From positions 490,979-554,978 of the forward strand of contig JAWQFM010000004.1 in assembly GCA_033442325.1 (NCBI GenBank): a stretch of DNA of 64,000 nt, given 5' to 3'. A model generated the notes under the pieces. That model saw only the letters and a list, made by a program, of their open reading frames with translations, did no database searches and was not told the DNA's origin. The position numbers and the translations under genes are program-made. Numbering within the stretch: position 1 is the stretch's first letter; each line of letters starts with the position of its first letter. Of the stretch, positions 1-13,881 are shown piece by piece. The DNA is from Salpingoeca rosetta (lineage: Eukaryota > Protista > Choanoflagellata).

Positions 1-582
1 TCTCCTTTCTTCGACCTCTTCCTCTCTTTCCCTCCTTTTTTCTGTTGTACATATTGTTTGCTACCGGGCGCTTGTCTTGCTGGGCCACTCCTGTAGCGCT
101 GTGCTGATGTCATTGTTGTCATGATGTATTGGTTGTTTGAGCGTCGACAAAACTCCTCTGTTCATCGAACAGCTGCACCATTACCAGCACACGCGATGCT
201 GTTTGTGGTGTTGAAGGTGGTGCCTTTCGAGTGCTTGGTTGTGGTGCAGTCAGTGATGGGCGCAGCGTGATCACAGTTCGGTTACATCTACTTGCGTCGA
301 TCTAACCGCGTAAACACGAACACGAGAGAGGGCCAAACAAGCAAACATACAGACACACATACAACACTCCAGCGAGCAGCGAACTAAGACACAACACCTA
401 TACACTCACACCAACCAACCAGCCAACCGAGCAAACAACTAGACAAACAAACAAACAACTAGGCAAACAACCAAACAACCAACCAGCCAAACAAACCAGA
501 CAAGCAAGGCAAGATAACCAAGGCAAGATAAGCGAGCCCGCTGTGCGTGCAATCCTGATGATGTTATGCCTTGGGGGCATGG

Positions 583-1172
583 CTAGTTGAGCGTGCCACG
601 GCAGGTGCGCGCACCGCAGAAACACGGGATCTTGTTTGGTCCTTCCTCCCGCGGGAACTTGTAGTCGTACGTGATCTCCTCATTCGCCGCAATCGGCCGC
701 TATGCATTGTGTGAGTGAATGAGTGAATGAGTGCGTGAGTGAATGAGTTAATGAGTGAGTGAGTTAATGAGTGCGTGTGTGTGAGTGTGCGCGAGAATGC
801 GTGTGAGCGAGAAAGTGCGTGCGTGTGTGTTTGTGGGTGAGTTAACGTACGTGCGAGCGAGGACTCATCAGTGTAGCAACGACAATGTCACATGTTCGTG
901 GTTGATCACTGACCTTTGAATAGATGCCGATGCGCTTCTTGCCATCCACAGACACGACCTGGGCGTAACAGTTGGCCTGAAGAACAAACGAGACAACCAC
1001 AACAACTTATCTGTCAGGCTAATCCATCATGCAAAAGCACGTACACACACAAGTATACACACGCAAGTATACACACGCAAGTACACACACGCACAGACAC
1101 ACATACACACACACAAACACAAGCACACAAAAACACACAGAAACGCACACACACACACACAAAAACACCCAG

Positions 1173-1251
<79 letters not shown>

Positions 1252-2005
1252 GGCCCATTCACGTACGTCGCACGAGTGGTTGATGAAGCGGGCGATGGAG
1301 CCCATGCGCGTGGCGTCAATGACGTAATCTTCGTCAATTCGGAACAGGTAGGAGCTGCCGATGCCAATTCTTGCGTAACGGCGCTCGCGGTCCTCCGCCA
1401 CCGTCTGCCGGACAATTTCGCCGACGTACTCAATCACAAGCTCGTCCTTGTCAATCGGCTGCACGCGCAACAACAAAAACAGGAATTGGTGGTGGGGAGT
1501 TGTTTGGGGAAGGGCGGGTATCAGCAATGAGGGTATGGGGAATTGGGAACAAGAAGATGCAGCGCCGGGTGGCACAGCACAGCACCGACTGAACACACAG
1601 ACACAACTAACTCAGTACGGCACGGCAACAACACGTCCAAAGTGACAAGTTGGTGTACTTGTGCATGTGCATGAGCGTGAGCGCACGTGTGTGTTTGTAT
1701 GTGTGTGCGTGACCGTGAGCGTGAGCGTATGTGTATGTGTATGTGTGTGCGCGAGCGTGTGTAATCTCCACACCTCTTGTGCGAAGAGGCCCCATTCGTG
1801 GATCATGCTCCGTGCGAATCGAAGCAGTTTGCGGCGGCGCTGCGCCGTGGACGTGATGATGATGTGGGTCAGAGGGTGAGATGGTTACAAATTGAATAAA
1901 CAAAAGTGCTCAACGTCGAGGGAGAGGAGGACGGAGCACTGGGTGCGAACGCGTCCAAAACCCATGACAACTCAGCCAAAGCCATCGACATAATATGGGC
2001 GTGTG

Positions 2006-2103
<98 letters not shown>

Positions 2104-2837
2104 TACTTTGAACTGGTTGGCCTTGACCAAGTCTGCGGCGAGCTCATTGAGGTCGCCCAGCTGCAGGGCGCGGTGCTCCTTGCGGACGGCGCTGCGCTGC
2201 GTGCGGGTGGTCGATGTTGTCGTCTGCCGCACCTGCAGCTGCCGTTGCATCGCCCCTGCACGTGGTGATTGATGGTTTTGTGCGTGTATGTGTGTACGTG
2301 TATGTGTGTATGTATGTGTGTATGTGCGTGTATGTGTGTGAATATGTGTTAAATCGTTTCAAAAGCAAGAACGGCCGTCAGACGAGAACATGGTTAATAA
2401 GAATAACCCACTGCACACACACACGTGCACACACACGTGCACACACGTGCACACACACACACATGCGCACGTTCTGACCTGCAGTGATCTTCTTTCGCTT
2501 GTCGCTCGCTTCGATGAAGTAGTAGCCCTGCGTCCGCGCACACCCTGTCGAGTGGAACTCGTGGGAGTGATCCTGAACACACGCACGGACAGCAAGCACA
2601 AATACGTCAGCCGTAAGCAACACTTGTCAAGCATGCTCCAATCATCACCCCCACTGAAAACAGACAAAACAAACAAGCAGACAACCTCTGTCTCTCTCAT
2701 ACATATCAAACCACTTACGCACATACGCACATACGCACACATGCACACACACACACACACGCATAGCACACACACGCATAGCACACACACACGCATAGCA
2801 CACACACGCATAGCGCACACACGCATAGCACACACAC

Positions 2838-2926
<89 letters not shown>

Positions 2927-3131
2927 GTACACCTTGAAGTGGCCGCTGACGACGACGCGCGGGGTCCAGGAGGAAGAGGACGAGCCGGCTTCCCAGTGAT
3001 GCAGTGCTCCGTGGAAACTGTGTCCAAGCACATGCTGTGCACGCGGGCCAAACACGGCGCCAAAGAACCCAAGCGTGTTGCCGCCAACCTCCCCCATACG
3101 CGCCCCGTCGAGCCACATCCCAGACTGGCGC

Positions 3132-3163
<32 letters not shown>

Positions 3164-3244
3164 GTGAAAAACAAGTGAGCAACGGAGAGCAATGATGGAC
3201 TGGTGATGAACAACACAAGCTGCAAGCAGATAAAAACGTGGCTT

Positions 3245-3305
<61 letters not shown>

Positions 3306-6300
3306 TACACACCCACTTGCACTCACACACACGCACACACATGCGCCATCTGCGTGTGGTGACGGGTACCTCTGTCTCTTGTTGCCATATGACGAGGGTC
3401 TTGTCTGCAGAACGTAGAGCATCTTGCGTGGTGCTGGCGTGGACCCGCGACAGAGACACCTGGTGAACATCCAGTATGTGTCATGGTGGCAGCGCTGCAC
3501 ACACAGCTGCACTGACATGAGCGNNNNNNNNNNNNNNNNNNNNNNNNNNNNNNNNNNNNNNNNNNNNNNNNNNNNNNNNNNNNNNNNNNNNNNNNNNNNN
3601 NNNNNNNNNNNNNNNNNNNNNNNTCATCAGCATCAGCGTCTGTTCTCGTACGCTGCTACCACATGTGCTGTTGGGACTGTGTTGCGATGACAGGACGATA
3701 GCGTGGATGTGCGCGTCTTGCTTCGTTTCCACGCCACGGCCCACTCACCATCATCACCTTCCCCATCGTCATCTTCATCATCCGTGCTGTCGAATCGGCG
3801 GCTGTGTCTCCGCTTCGCTCGATGCTGGAATTCAACATCATGGTCGTGCGCTACATCACTCTCGTCCTCTTCGTCCTCGTCTTCCATTACATCCTCCTCC
3901 TCCTCCTCCTCATCCTCCTCCATGTCATCACCCTGTTCCTGTTCCTCCTCCTCATCCGATGACGACGACGATGCAAGCTCCATATCTGCCCACCAGTCGC
4001 CCTTACCCCCCGCCTGCGGTGCAATTGGTTTGCGGCGGCGTCGTGCCCCGTCCACGTGTGATGTTGGCGCCACTGCTGTTCGCCGCGCTCTCGCACGCAC
4101 GCCGCCGGTCACGCGTGCACGTGTGTGCGACGGGAGGCGTGAGCGCGTGCTTGCAGGCAAATCCTTGCGCCGCTCGATGGTGAGGCTGGAGAGGGACGTG
4201 ATGGAGACAGCTTTTGGTGTCGCCAAATGCGCCCGTGCGTCTTCCTCCTCCTGCGCCAGCTGCTGCTGCCGGCGGGCGATGGCAGCAAAGTGATTCTCCA
4301 CCACACGGCGCACCTCAGCCTCCACAACCTGACAGGTTGGCCGTGTTGTGTGTGGGTGTGGGGGGGGGGGAGGGAGTGAGTTTTGGCAGAGGGAGTGAAG
4401 TGGGGCGAGATGTGGGTGGAAGGACAGGACAGCAGCACAGCAGGGCAACAAGAGGAGCGATGAGGAGACACGTGAGCACACACACACACACACAGACACA
4501 GACACACAGACACACAGACACACACAGACACAGACACAGAGACACACACGCACAGACACAGACACACACGCATACGCACGGATTGGGAGAATCTGAGGAC
4601 AAAGGAGCGCTGGAGGAGGTGTGAGAGGCGCTGCTTGCAGGCTTCCTTCCACGTCATCACGCGCACGTGCTCATGTCCATGTGCGGATTCACGAGCACCG
4701 CCAGCGCCACCACTCGCGTGCTGTTCGTCGTCACTGCCACGGCCCTCGCCTTCAACGATGCCGCCGGGACCAAGCTTGTTCCGTAGCAGCGCAGCAAGCG
4801 CCTTGGGAACAGCCGTCAGCGTCGTGCCATCATACACACCCGCACCACCACCACCACCAGTGGTTGGTGTCATTGTTGTCATCGGTGTTGTCGCTGCTGT
4901 GGTCATTGGTGTCGATGGAGATGGTCTCGTCACCCACGTTGCTGGCGACGTGACAAGTGGCGAGCTGCCGGGTGCGGGCAAGAGGCCCTTACGTGCTGGT
5001 GCATGCCGCTGTTGATGCGGTGTTGTTGGTGTCGTTGGTGTTGTTGGTGTTGCGGATGTCGACCCCCACGATGTTGCAGCAGCTGCCCCCCACTGCTGGC
5101 CGGGTGCACCTCCGTTTGCTGTTGGTGTTGGCGGTGTCGTCATCGCATGCGCACCCCATGAGCCACCCCGCTGCTGTTGTTGCTGCTGTTGTTGGTGTTG
5201 TTGCTTGGAGTGGGGAGTGCCGTTGTGGCTGTCGTGGCTGGCGTTGTCGCTGGTGCTGTTGCTGCGTTGAGGGAGCACACGCGGGCGCGAGAGACGGTAG
5301 CCAAGCAGCTGCGAGTGCAGGCAGTGGCGGGCAGCAGCGTCAGCATCGCGCTTGTCACGAAACGACACGCGCCACACGCTGTGACGAGTGTTAAACCTCG
5401 CCTGGACAGGGTGGTACTCGGAAAGAAAGTCCAGCCAGTCACTCGGCGCAACGCGTCTTGGAAACGGTCCTGGAATCTGCAGCACCACCAGCGGTTGGTG
5501 CGATGTTGGGGTTGACGTCGATGGTGATGAGGAGGCCAGCTGTGGCGGTGGCAGTGGTGGTGTTGCCGCGGCGGCAGATTGCAACGGCGACGCAATGTGG
5601 TCGCCACGGTCACCATAGCGCCCGTGCGGCTGCGGCGTGTAAGGAGAGCGGCTAGTACCTGAAATGGGGCTGCGCATGTGTCCGTGCACATCGCCACCCG
5701 CTCTGCCACCGCTGTTCCAACTGGATGATGGGGAGTTCCACCCCCCAACACGGCTGCCACCGCGACTGCCACTGCGACCCCCTCGCCTGCTACCGCCACC
5801 GCGGTGGTTGCGGCGGTGGGAGTGGGTGTGGTCCCTCCGGCTGGCGTGGTCACCATAGCCGTGATCACGGGTGTCATCGTGCTGGTGTCTGCTCTCCCCG
5901 TCAAAGCTGCCGCTGCTGTATCGCCTGCTCTCATCGCGATTGTGTCCATGTGCGTGTGAATGTCCATGTGCGTGTGTGCGTGTGCGTGTGCGGCTTGGCG
6001 AGCGCGACCAGCGGCCACTTCTCTCCCCCGAGCGGCGCCGATGCGACGAGGGCTCGCGCTCACGGTCATCACGGTGGTGGTGGTGGTCACTGTCGCTGTG
6101 GTGGCGGTCACGGCCACGTGTGCGCTCATCATCGTGATGGCGGCGGTGGTGGTGATGGTGCGGTGTTGTGTGGGTGCTGCTGTTGTTCTGCTGCATTGGC
6201 AAGTGGTCGGCACGAGCGTTGGATGCAGGCGAGGTGCTGGCTGCTGCTGCTGTTGTTGTCGTCGTGGAAGCAGCATCGGCGTTGGTGGCGTTGGTGGTGG

Positions 6301-6504
6301 TGGTGGTGGCGCCAAACGAGGAAAACTGGTACTCTGCATCCGGGGATGGGGACATGCCCATATTGGACGACGTCGGCGACGCTACAGAGATGCAGAGAGC
6401 AGGGTTCATTTGGGGGTGGGGGAGGGGTGGGGTGAGTGAGTGAGAGTAAGTGAGAGTAAGTGAGAGAGAGAGTGTGTGTGTGTGTGAGGGAGAGAGAGAG
6501 TGTG

Positions 6505-6556
<52 letters not shown>

Positions 6557-7167
6557 TGTGTGTGTGTGTGTGTGTGTGAGTGAGTGAGTGAGTGAGTGAG
6601 TGAGTGAGTGAGTGAGTGAGTGAGTGAGTGAGTGAGTGAGTGAGTGAGTGTGTGTGTGTGTGTGTGAGTTAAGTACCTGGCATGTCCTCTGGTCGAATGA
6701 GCTACAAATTGCAACGTGAACAAGAACCAAAGCAATCAGATGATGAGTTGACACGCGCGGAGGAACGAGAGGGGTGACACAATCATGTCATGTATCGACA
6801 CATGCACACATGACACAGACACAGACACATACACAGACACACACATACATACACACGGATCAGCCAGGCGAGCATGGTTCATGTGGAGGTTCACAGCACC
6901 GGGTCTGGGTAGAGCTGGGTGAGGGCAGGGAACGAGGGGGTGTGGCCGCGGCTGGCGTCTGTATGGTACTTGCCCATGTACACCTCGCTCAGCGTCGCTA
7001 CAAACACGCAGAGGTGGAATTGGTGAACGAATGTGAGCACTTGTGTAAATTGACTTTGTCTCATGTTTGGGCATATCAGCGCAGCACTTGAAACACACCC
7101 ACACCCACACAGACACCCGCACACACAGACACCCGCACACACAGACACCCGCACACCCACCCACACC

Positions 7168-7227
<60 letters not shown>

Positions 7228-7689
7228 CCGCTGGCGCCGTCGGCCTTGTAGTTTGGGATGGCGTGGTCCATGTGCACATACACGGACTGGTTCTCCAGAC
7301 GCAGCTGCCCCGATTGCAGCGCACACATCTTCGCAGCCTTGGTCGTGGCAAACGTAACCGTTGCAAACCCGGTCGGCTCGCGTGTGAAGAGGCGCGTGAA
7401 CACCTGCAATCACAAGCAAGCACACACATGCACACATATAGAGTCGACACGAGGGTTTATGAGACGAACACGGTGTTACAATGTATGGAGGGCCACGGCA
7501 TCCCACCGCCACCACCAGCAGCGCCAGCAGCACGAACAGCAGCAGCAGCAACAGGATCACGGACCTCAACGGTTGCCACTGGACCGAACTGGGCCATGGT
7601 GTCTTTCAGCTGCTCCTCAGTAACGGCTGTGCTGAGGTTGGCGATGAACACCGACCTGCGCGTGTGCGTCGCATGTGTTGTTGTGAACG

Positions 7690-7745
<56 letters not shown>

Positions 7746-7845
7746 NNNNNNNNNNNNNNNNNNNNNNNNNNNNNNNNNNNNNNNNNNNNNNNNNNNNNNN
7801 NNNNNNNNNNNNNNNNNNNNNNNNNNNNNNNNNNNNNNNNNNNNN

Positions 7846-7926
<81 letters not shown>

Positions 7927-8592
7927 TGTGTGTGTGGATGCACGCTCGTGTGTTGTGTTGTGGTAGAGCGTGGTAGAGTGGTTTGCTGTGTTTCCCGGAC
8001 ACGCTGTTTTGCCAGCTGTGCATGTGGTGGGTTTGTCGCTGCTGGTTTTGTTGAGCATGTGGGATGATGTGTGTGCATGTGTGCATGCCTGACCTGATCT
8101 CTGGAGTGGCATACTATAAAGATGGAGAAGAAGAAGGCGGAAGTGAAGTTGTGGTGTTGTGTGGTGTTGTAGGGAGGAAAGGTGGGGTGAGCGAAGACAA
8201 AGTATGGGTGCATGAGTATAAACGAGCAGAGCATGTTACGCAAGCGGGGCGTGTGAGATGTCGCCTTCAACAACCTCGGGGTTTTGCGGAAGGCTGCGCA
8301 GTGTTGGCGTGGCTGAAGTGGCATTGGGGTCACGTGGGTCCTTGGCGCGTCTCCCCTGCGCACGCGAGCAGACCAAACCAGCACACAGCGATGTGTTTGA
8401 GGTGTCGAGATGGGTATACGAAGGACAGGTGCGCTGAATTGGTGTTTGATGTGGCTGCTGTGTGTTGTGTACTGTGTGTGTAACGTGTATGTGTGTATGT
8501 GTGTGCTGTGTGACAAGGGGGAAAGCAGGTGGACTTACGTCTTGGATGGAAATGCGCATGCGCTTTCCATCCAGCGTCACCAGCCGCCATCT
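583..8592 (-). CDS. SET1: SET1/SETD1-family histone H3K4 methyltransferase (multi-exon; 5' end uncertain; spans two N gaps)
   Basis: Reconstructed exons: RRM (7565-7655 [24 protein letters not shown]; 7229-7403 GFATVTF), low-complexity exon 4580-6381, exon 3749-4328, WIN motif GCARTQGY (2479-2572), 2107-2255, SET domain (1774-1839 IHEWGLFA; 1267-1458 EYVGEIVR...YLFRID...ARFINHSCD; 914-976 ANCYAQVV), post-[12 protein letters not shown]...[13 protein letters not shown]-stop (583-699). GT-AG junctions are phase-compatible where they can be checked. Confidence 0.93.
2933..3459 (-). other. ELP2: ELP2 (Elongator WD40 subunit)-like exon pair embedded in the SET1 locus
   Basis: Exons 3370-3459 and 2933-3124 splice to ...[14 protein letters not shown]|[27 protein letters not shown]...[10 protein letters not shown]...[12 protein letters not shown], closely resembling the ELP2 segment SMDKTMILW...[20 protein letters not shown]...HAFHGALHLW...WTPEIVISGHF as I recall it. 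Only a fragment is present. Confidence 0.8.
3524..3623. other. Assembly gap (100 N)
   Basis: Run of N. Confidence 1.
7746..7845. other. Assembly gap (100 N) inside a (GT)n tract
   Basis: Run of N flanked by (GT)n on both sides. Confidence 1.
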
Positions 8593-10337
8593 GTAGATGA
8601 TGCGCAGGTTGGAAAGTGAGTGTGAATGCGTGCGATGCCTTGGTGGTGCAAGGCGAACAAAGAGGGAAAGGAGAGGACACAAGAGTTGTGGGGCACCGCC
8701 AGCAACCACCACGGTCACCGACTCCAGCATTGTTCGCAGCAGTGGCAAGCACCACATGCACGGCAGCAGCACAAGCGTTGCTTGTACCCTTTCTCCATTC
8801 GTGTGGCTGTTCAGAGGACAGACAGCAGGTCCCTGTGACTGTTTGTGACTGATGCAGACAAAGCCAGCTGCCCCACAGCAGCTATTGCGATGGCTGTCGA
8901 CCCTTGCGCGTCCCCTGCACGCGCAATGAACAAGAGGGGTGTGTGTGTGTGCGTGTGTGTGTGTGCGTGTGTGCGTGTGAGTGTGTGTGTGTGTGCGTGT
9001 GTGCGTGTGTGTGCCTGCTGCCACGCGTGTGCACGCGTCGCTGGAGTGGTGGGTGGTTCGGGGTGGTGGTGTTGTTGTGTGGCGTGTCTTCTTCTTGGTT
9101 GTGGGGAAAATTTGGCGGCACAACGACAGGAGAAAGGAGAGGAGAGAATGGGTGTGGTTGGTTGGTTGGTTGCTTCACTTTGGCTTCTGCTTTGAGATGC
9201 GAATTGGCGGCGTTGCTTCTGCTTTGGCTCTTTGGATTGGTGGCTGGCTTTCTGACTTGTGTAGTGTTGTTGGTGTGTGTGTGTATGTGTGTGCGTTGGG
9301 GATACATAGAAGGGAGGAGGAGGAGGGGAAGAGAGAGGACGAGAGAAAGGGAAAGAGCGCGGTGGTCAACCACGAAGAGAAGGACAGCAAGACAGCCACG
9401 GAGTGTGGCTCGTGCTTCTGGGCTAGGACTGGCTGGCTGTTTGTGGGTGCCTGCCCTTTGTACGGGTCGACCACAGACAGTATTTCTCAGCGAACAGCAT
9501 ACATGTGTGCCCCGCAAAGGCTACCAATGACTGGACAACGGTTGGTGGTTTCCAGTTGGTGGTGGGCGTTGGACGGTTGGACTGTCGTGTGCGTGTGTGC
9601 GTACTTGTGCGTGCTTGTGCGTGCTTGTGGGCAGCTCATTTGATTTGGTTTTGGAGTGGAGGGAAGGGAGCGACGCGTGCGTAGGTGCGTGTGTTGATCT
9701 GACACAGTGGGCTGTGAGGTGGAGTACGCGAGGGATCCCAACAGCACGACACACTGACATAAACAGCACGACTCATCGCCACTTGTATCGGCTTGTGTCA
9801 TGGTGCACAGGGGGATACGTTACCATAACAGAAGACGGAAAGTGAAGCTTACAGTGCCAGTACAAGATGAACACGGGATGCATCCACACCACATCCACAC
9901 CACACTAGACCACATCCACACCACCATACCAAAGTCATGACAGCAGGCAGAGGAGGGTGTTTGGGTGTTGTGGATAATTCGCCGTATTTTCATACATTTA
10001 TCGTATCATTGGCAACAAAGGTGTGTGTGCCACAGATGAAGCAGAAGAAGTGCACTGCCGCCTGTGGTGGTGAGGGGGGACAACAAGCAAGCGTCAAGTG
10101 TCTCGCTTGTGCCGTATGCGTTGTTGTTGGTGGTGTTGGCGTTGCTGAGGTGGTTGTAGTTGTTGTTGGTGTTGTTGAGGTGGTTGTCGCTCCGTGGCCT
10201 CGCTGTTGTCACCACAGCCGTGCCTGTTTTGTTTCTCGCTGCATTCATTCCCCTCACACACGCGCGCAACCACAACTGCTCCACCTTCTCAGCTTCGCAC
10301 CAACTCAAACAAGCCAAACAAATCAGGTCGCCACGCC

Positions 10338-10432
10338 ATGTCCGCGACAAAGCACCGCCCCGAGGAGTGGCAAACACGCCGCTCCCAAGTGACCACCACC
10401 GCACGCACCACCCGCTCCCTCTCAAACGTCAG

Positions 10433-10519
<87 letters not shown>

Positions 10520-11866
10520 GAGGGACATGTGAAGGGAAACTTGTGGAGGGGAGGCGTGAAGGTGTTTTGCGGTTGTGGCTGTGGTGTGGTGTTGAGCAGT
10601 GTTGTGGTGTTGCTGTGCCAGCGACGTTTGTGCAAGGGATCGAATTGAATATTTTTTTGACTCCCTGCGTTTGGGCGTGTGTTTGTGTGGTTGTGGTCAT
10701 CATCGCTTAGGGCATTCGTGCAGAGGCATTGGAGACTGCTCGGCAGACGACACAGCGCGTGCAGCGTGTTGCTCGCGACACCGGTACGAGTGTACCGCAG
10801 CCACCAACACACACACACACACACACACACATTCTTCCTTTAAACCGTTCTTTGCGTCACGGTTGCCGATGTTGTCACACGTCCAAACCGGAACCACAGT
10901 CCATGCCAACTCATGATGCCGCCATTGCCCCTGCTCTCTTCCTTCGTGTGCTTGTGTTGTGGCAGAGAATGAGCTGAACCTGCGCATCGACTGGGTTGAG
11001 CACCGGCGCCGCGACCTCAAGCTCAGCATCGAGGAAACTCTCGACGAAATTGGCCTCCTCAACAACGTCAAGGTGTGTACGCGTTATGTGTGTGTGTATG
11101 TGTGTGTGTTATGTGTACGCAGACACACAAAACGCGTACCACACGCGGGCGCGTAGATTGCGGATGTACGACTTGCTCACCTTTGAATGCCTGACCAATG
11201 TATTGCCACATCAATCCCACTCCCCTCCCTCCAATTCAACACGTGTGTGCCGGGTGTGCAGGAGCGTGTTGAGGAGGAGCGGGCTGCCAAAGCGGAACCC
11301 ACGGACATCAACAAGGAGTGCCAGGACCTTCGCGCGCAGCGATATGGGATTGATCTCGTTGATGACGAAGTAGACGCAGAGCTCGATCACGTGCGTGCGT
11401 GCGTGCGTGTGTGTGTGTGTGTGTGTGTGCGTATGTTCGTGCGTGTGTGTGCGTGCGTGTATGTGTGTGCGTGTGCGTGTGCGTGCGCGTGTGTGCGTGC
11501 GTGTATGTGTGTGTATGTGTGCGTGTGTGTGCGTGTGTGTGCGTGTGTGTGCGTGTGTGCGCTGATGGTTGGGTGCTTGATGTGGTGGGAACATGCGCTT
11601 CCAGACACGTTCAACGTGGTCTCAAGATACACGCGTACTCACCTACACCTGTGTGTGTTGGTGTTGATGTTGTGCAGGAGGCCAAGTTGCTGTCTGATGT
11701 GGAGCGACTGCTGACAGAGGCGATGGAGGACGCGAAGGAGCAGCTCAGGTAATGACAGTGGTGGTGTTGCTGCTGTTGTTGTTGTCGACGTTGACTTGGG
11801 TTCCACAGGCGCGTTTGCACTGCCATCAACACGCATGTACATTGCATATTACACTGCCATCACTGG

Positions 11867-11899
<33 letters not shown>

Positions 11900-12458
11900 C
11901 ACGTACGTGTTCGTTCGCTGTTCAGGCTGCTGCGTGCTGCAAAGTACTCGCTGGAGAAGGATCTTGAGGCGAAGGACGCGGCGGTGAGCATCGACGCGGA
12001 GTGCCGCTCGCTCGACCGCTCCTCAAACACAATCACACAGCAGCTCGACGGCATCAACCTTCAAGACGATGAGTGAGTGCGCTGGATGCTTGCTTGCTTC
12101 GTCGGTTGTGTGCCCTTGCACGTCAGCGTGTCAGCGTGCCGCAATCGCCAGCACACGTATTGCGCGAGCACACATGTTGCGATGAGTGTGCTTGCCCTCG
12201 TTCTCACCTGCTTGACCTTCCTTCTTTTTCTCCTCCTTTTTTTTCCCGCGAATACCTATGTTGCTACGCAGCGGCATTGATCCAAGCGACTGGGACGTGA
12301 ACACGCAGCACAACCTCGACCAGGCAGAGCAGGAGCGCATCAACGCGCGAAACCTGAGGGAAGACATCGAGGATCTTCTGCAGAGCGCAAGCGATCGCCT
12401 CACCCAGCAGGCAAACAAGGTGTGTGTGTGTGTGTGCGTGCGTGTGTGTTTGCGTGCA

Positions 12459-12490
<32 letters not shown>

Positions 12491-13616
12491 GGGCGAGGCG
12501 GTAGCTGTGAATGCCTGCATGCGCGTGTGTGAACTTGTGTGTTTATATTTGCGTGTGGCCTGTAACCGCAATCGCTCATGACGTTTGCTGCTCTTTTTGT
12601 GTTTATTTATTCACGTCTGTGTGTGTGTGTGTTGTCGTGTTTGTTGTGATTGCGTCCATCTGCGTCCATCTACAGGTTGAGGACGCGTTCAACCGCCGCA
12701 TTGGAGAGTGCAAGGACGCCCTCGCCGACACAGAGAACAATCTCGACAAGGTGTGGGGATTGAATGCCACACTTCTCAATTCCTTTGCGTACCGACACAA
12801 CCCTTGATATCATGTGAACAGCATACCAATCCACATCACCACACCTCACATCGGAAATCACACCCACCATCACAATGCCCCCTCAATCACCCCCCCCCCC
12901 CCAAACCCAGACGCGGCTTGAGATTGAGTCGATGGAGCGGCTGACGGAGGACTTGAACGCGTCCATTGACGACAAGGTGCCGACGTTGCAGCTCGCGCAG
13001 ACGCGCCGGCAGAAGCGAACACTGCGCCCCGGCCACGAGCTCGTCAAGGACCCGGCCCAGGCCACACTCAGCAGGTGCCCGCCGCATGCGTACATGCTTG
13101 CATGCTGGAGTGTCGGTAGTGGGTGGTTCAGTTTTTGCATGTGCGTGTGTGTGCGTGTGTATGTGTCACAGTCCTGTGCCGTTGGGTTCGTTTTGTAGCT
13201 CACACCCGTGCGTTCCGCTCCCTCGTTCACTGTTCACACACACATACAACCCACAGGGAGGTGCAAGAGGTTCAGGCTGCCATGGGTGACCTGCAAGCAC
13301 AGAAGGATTCAGCGGAGAAGGCGCTTCTCTCGCTGCGTCGCACCGCCCTCGAGCTGGAGGAGGACGTCAAGTGCAAGACAAACACGCTCAATGTCGACAA
13401 CGCGTAAGTGGGGACGCGCGCGCGCGTGCGTGCGTGTGTGTGTGTACGTGCGTGCGTTTGTGTGTGCACACGTTCTGGTTTGTTCGTGTGTCATATCACG
13501 TGTCGTGTGCCGCTCGGTGTGATACGCTACACCTCAATACGCTCACACCATCCTGCCATCCACAACCACACAGCTGCATGCAGAAGCGCCAGCAATACAA
13601 GTACAGGCTCGTTTGA
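10338..13616 (+). CDS. Tektin (axonemal microtubule inner protein), ~11 exons
   Basis: Spliced coiled-coil protein [12 protein letters not shown]...[23 protein letters not shown]...[26 protein letters not shown]...AFNRRIGE...[22 protein letters not shown]...[15 protein letters not shown]...CMQKRQQY; tektin motifs RxGIDLVxD and RPxxELxxD. Stop TGA 13614-13616. Confidence 0.92.
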
Positions 13617-13623
13617 TGCGCGC

Positions 13624-13747
<124 letters not shown>

Positions 13748-13881
13748 ACTGTCAACGAAACAACCCACTCCCTCCGCTCGTCTGCCTTGTTTGTGTGTCC
13801 TTTGCACTGCCTGTGTTTGCTGATTTTCGTTTATGTTATTCATAAAACCAGTGCGCGAAAAATTTGAAATTGGTGTGGGAG

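Noticed and set aside
8600-10330. Possible extra gene or SET1 first exons between SET1 and tektin
   Set aside because: Candidate exons could not be tied to any motif; left unannotated.
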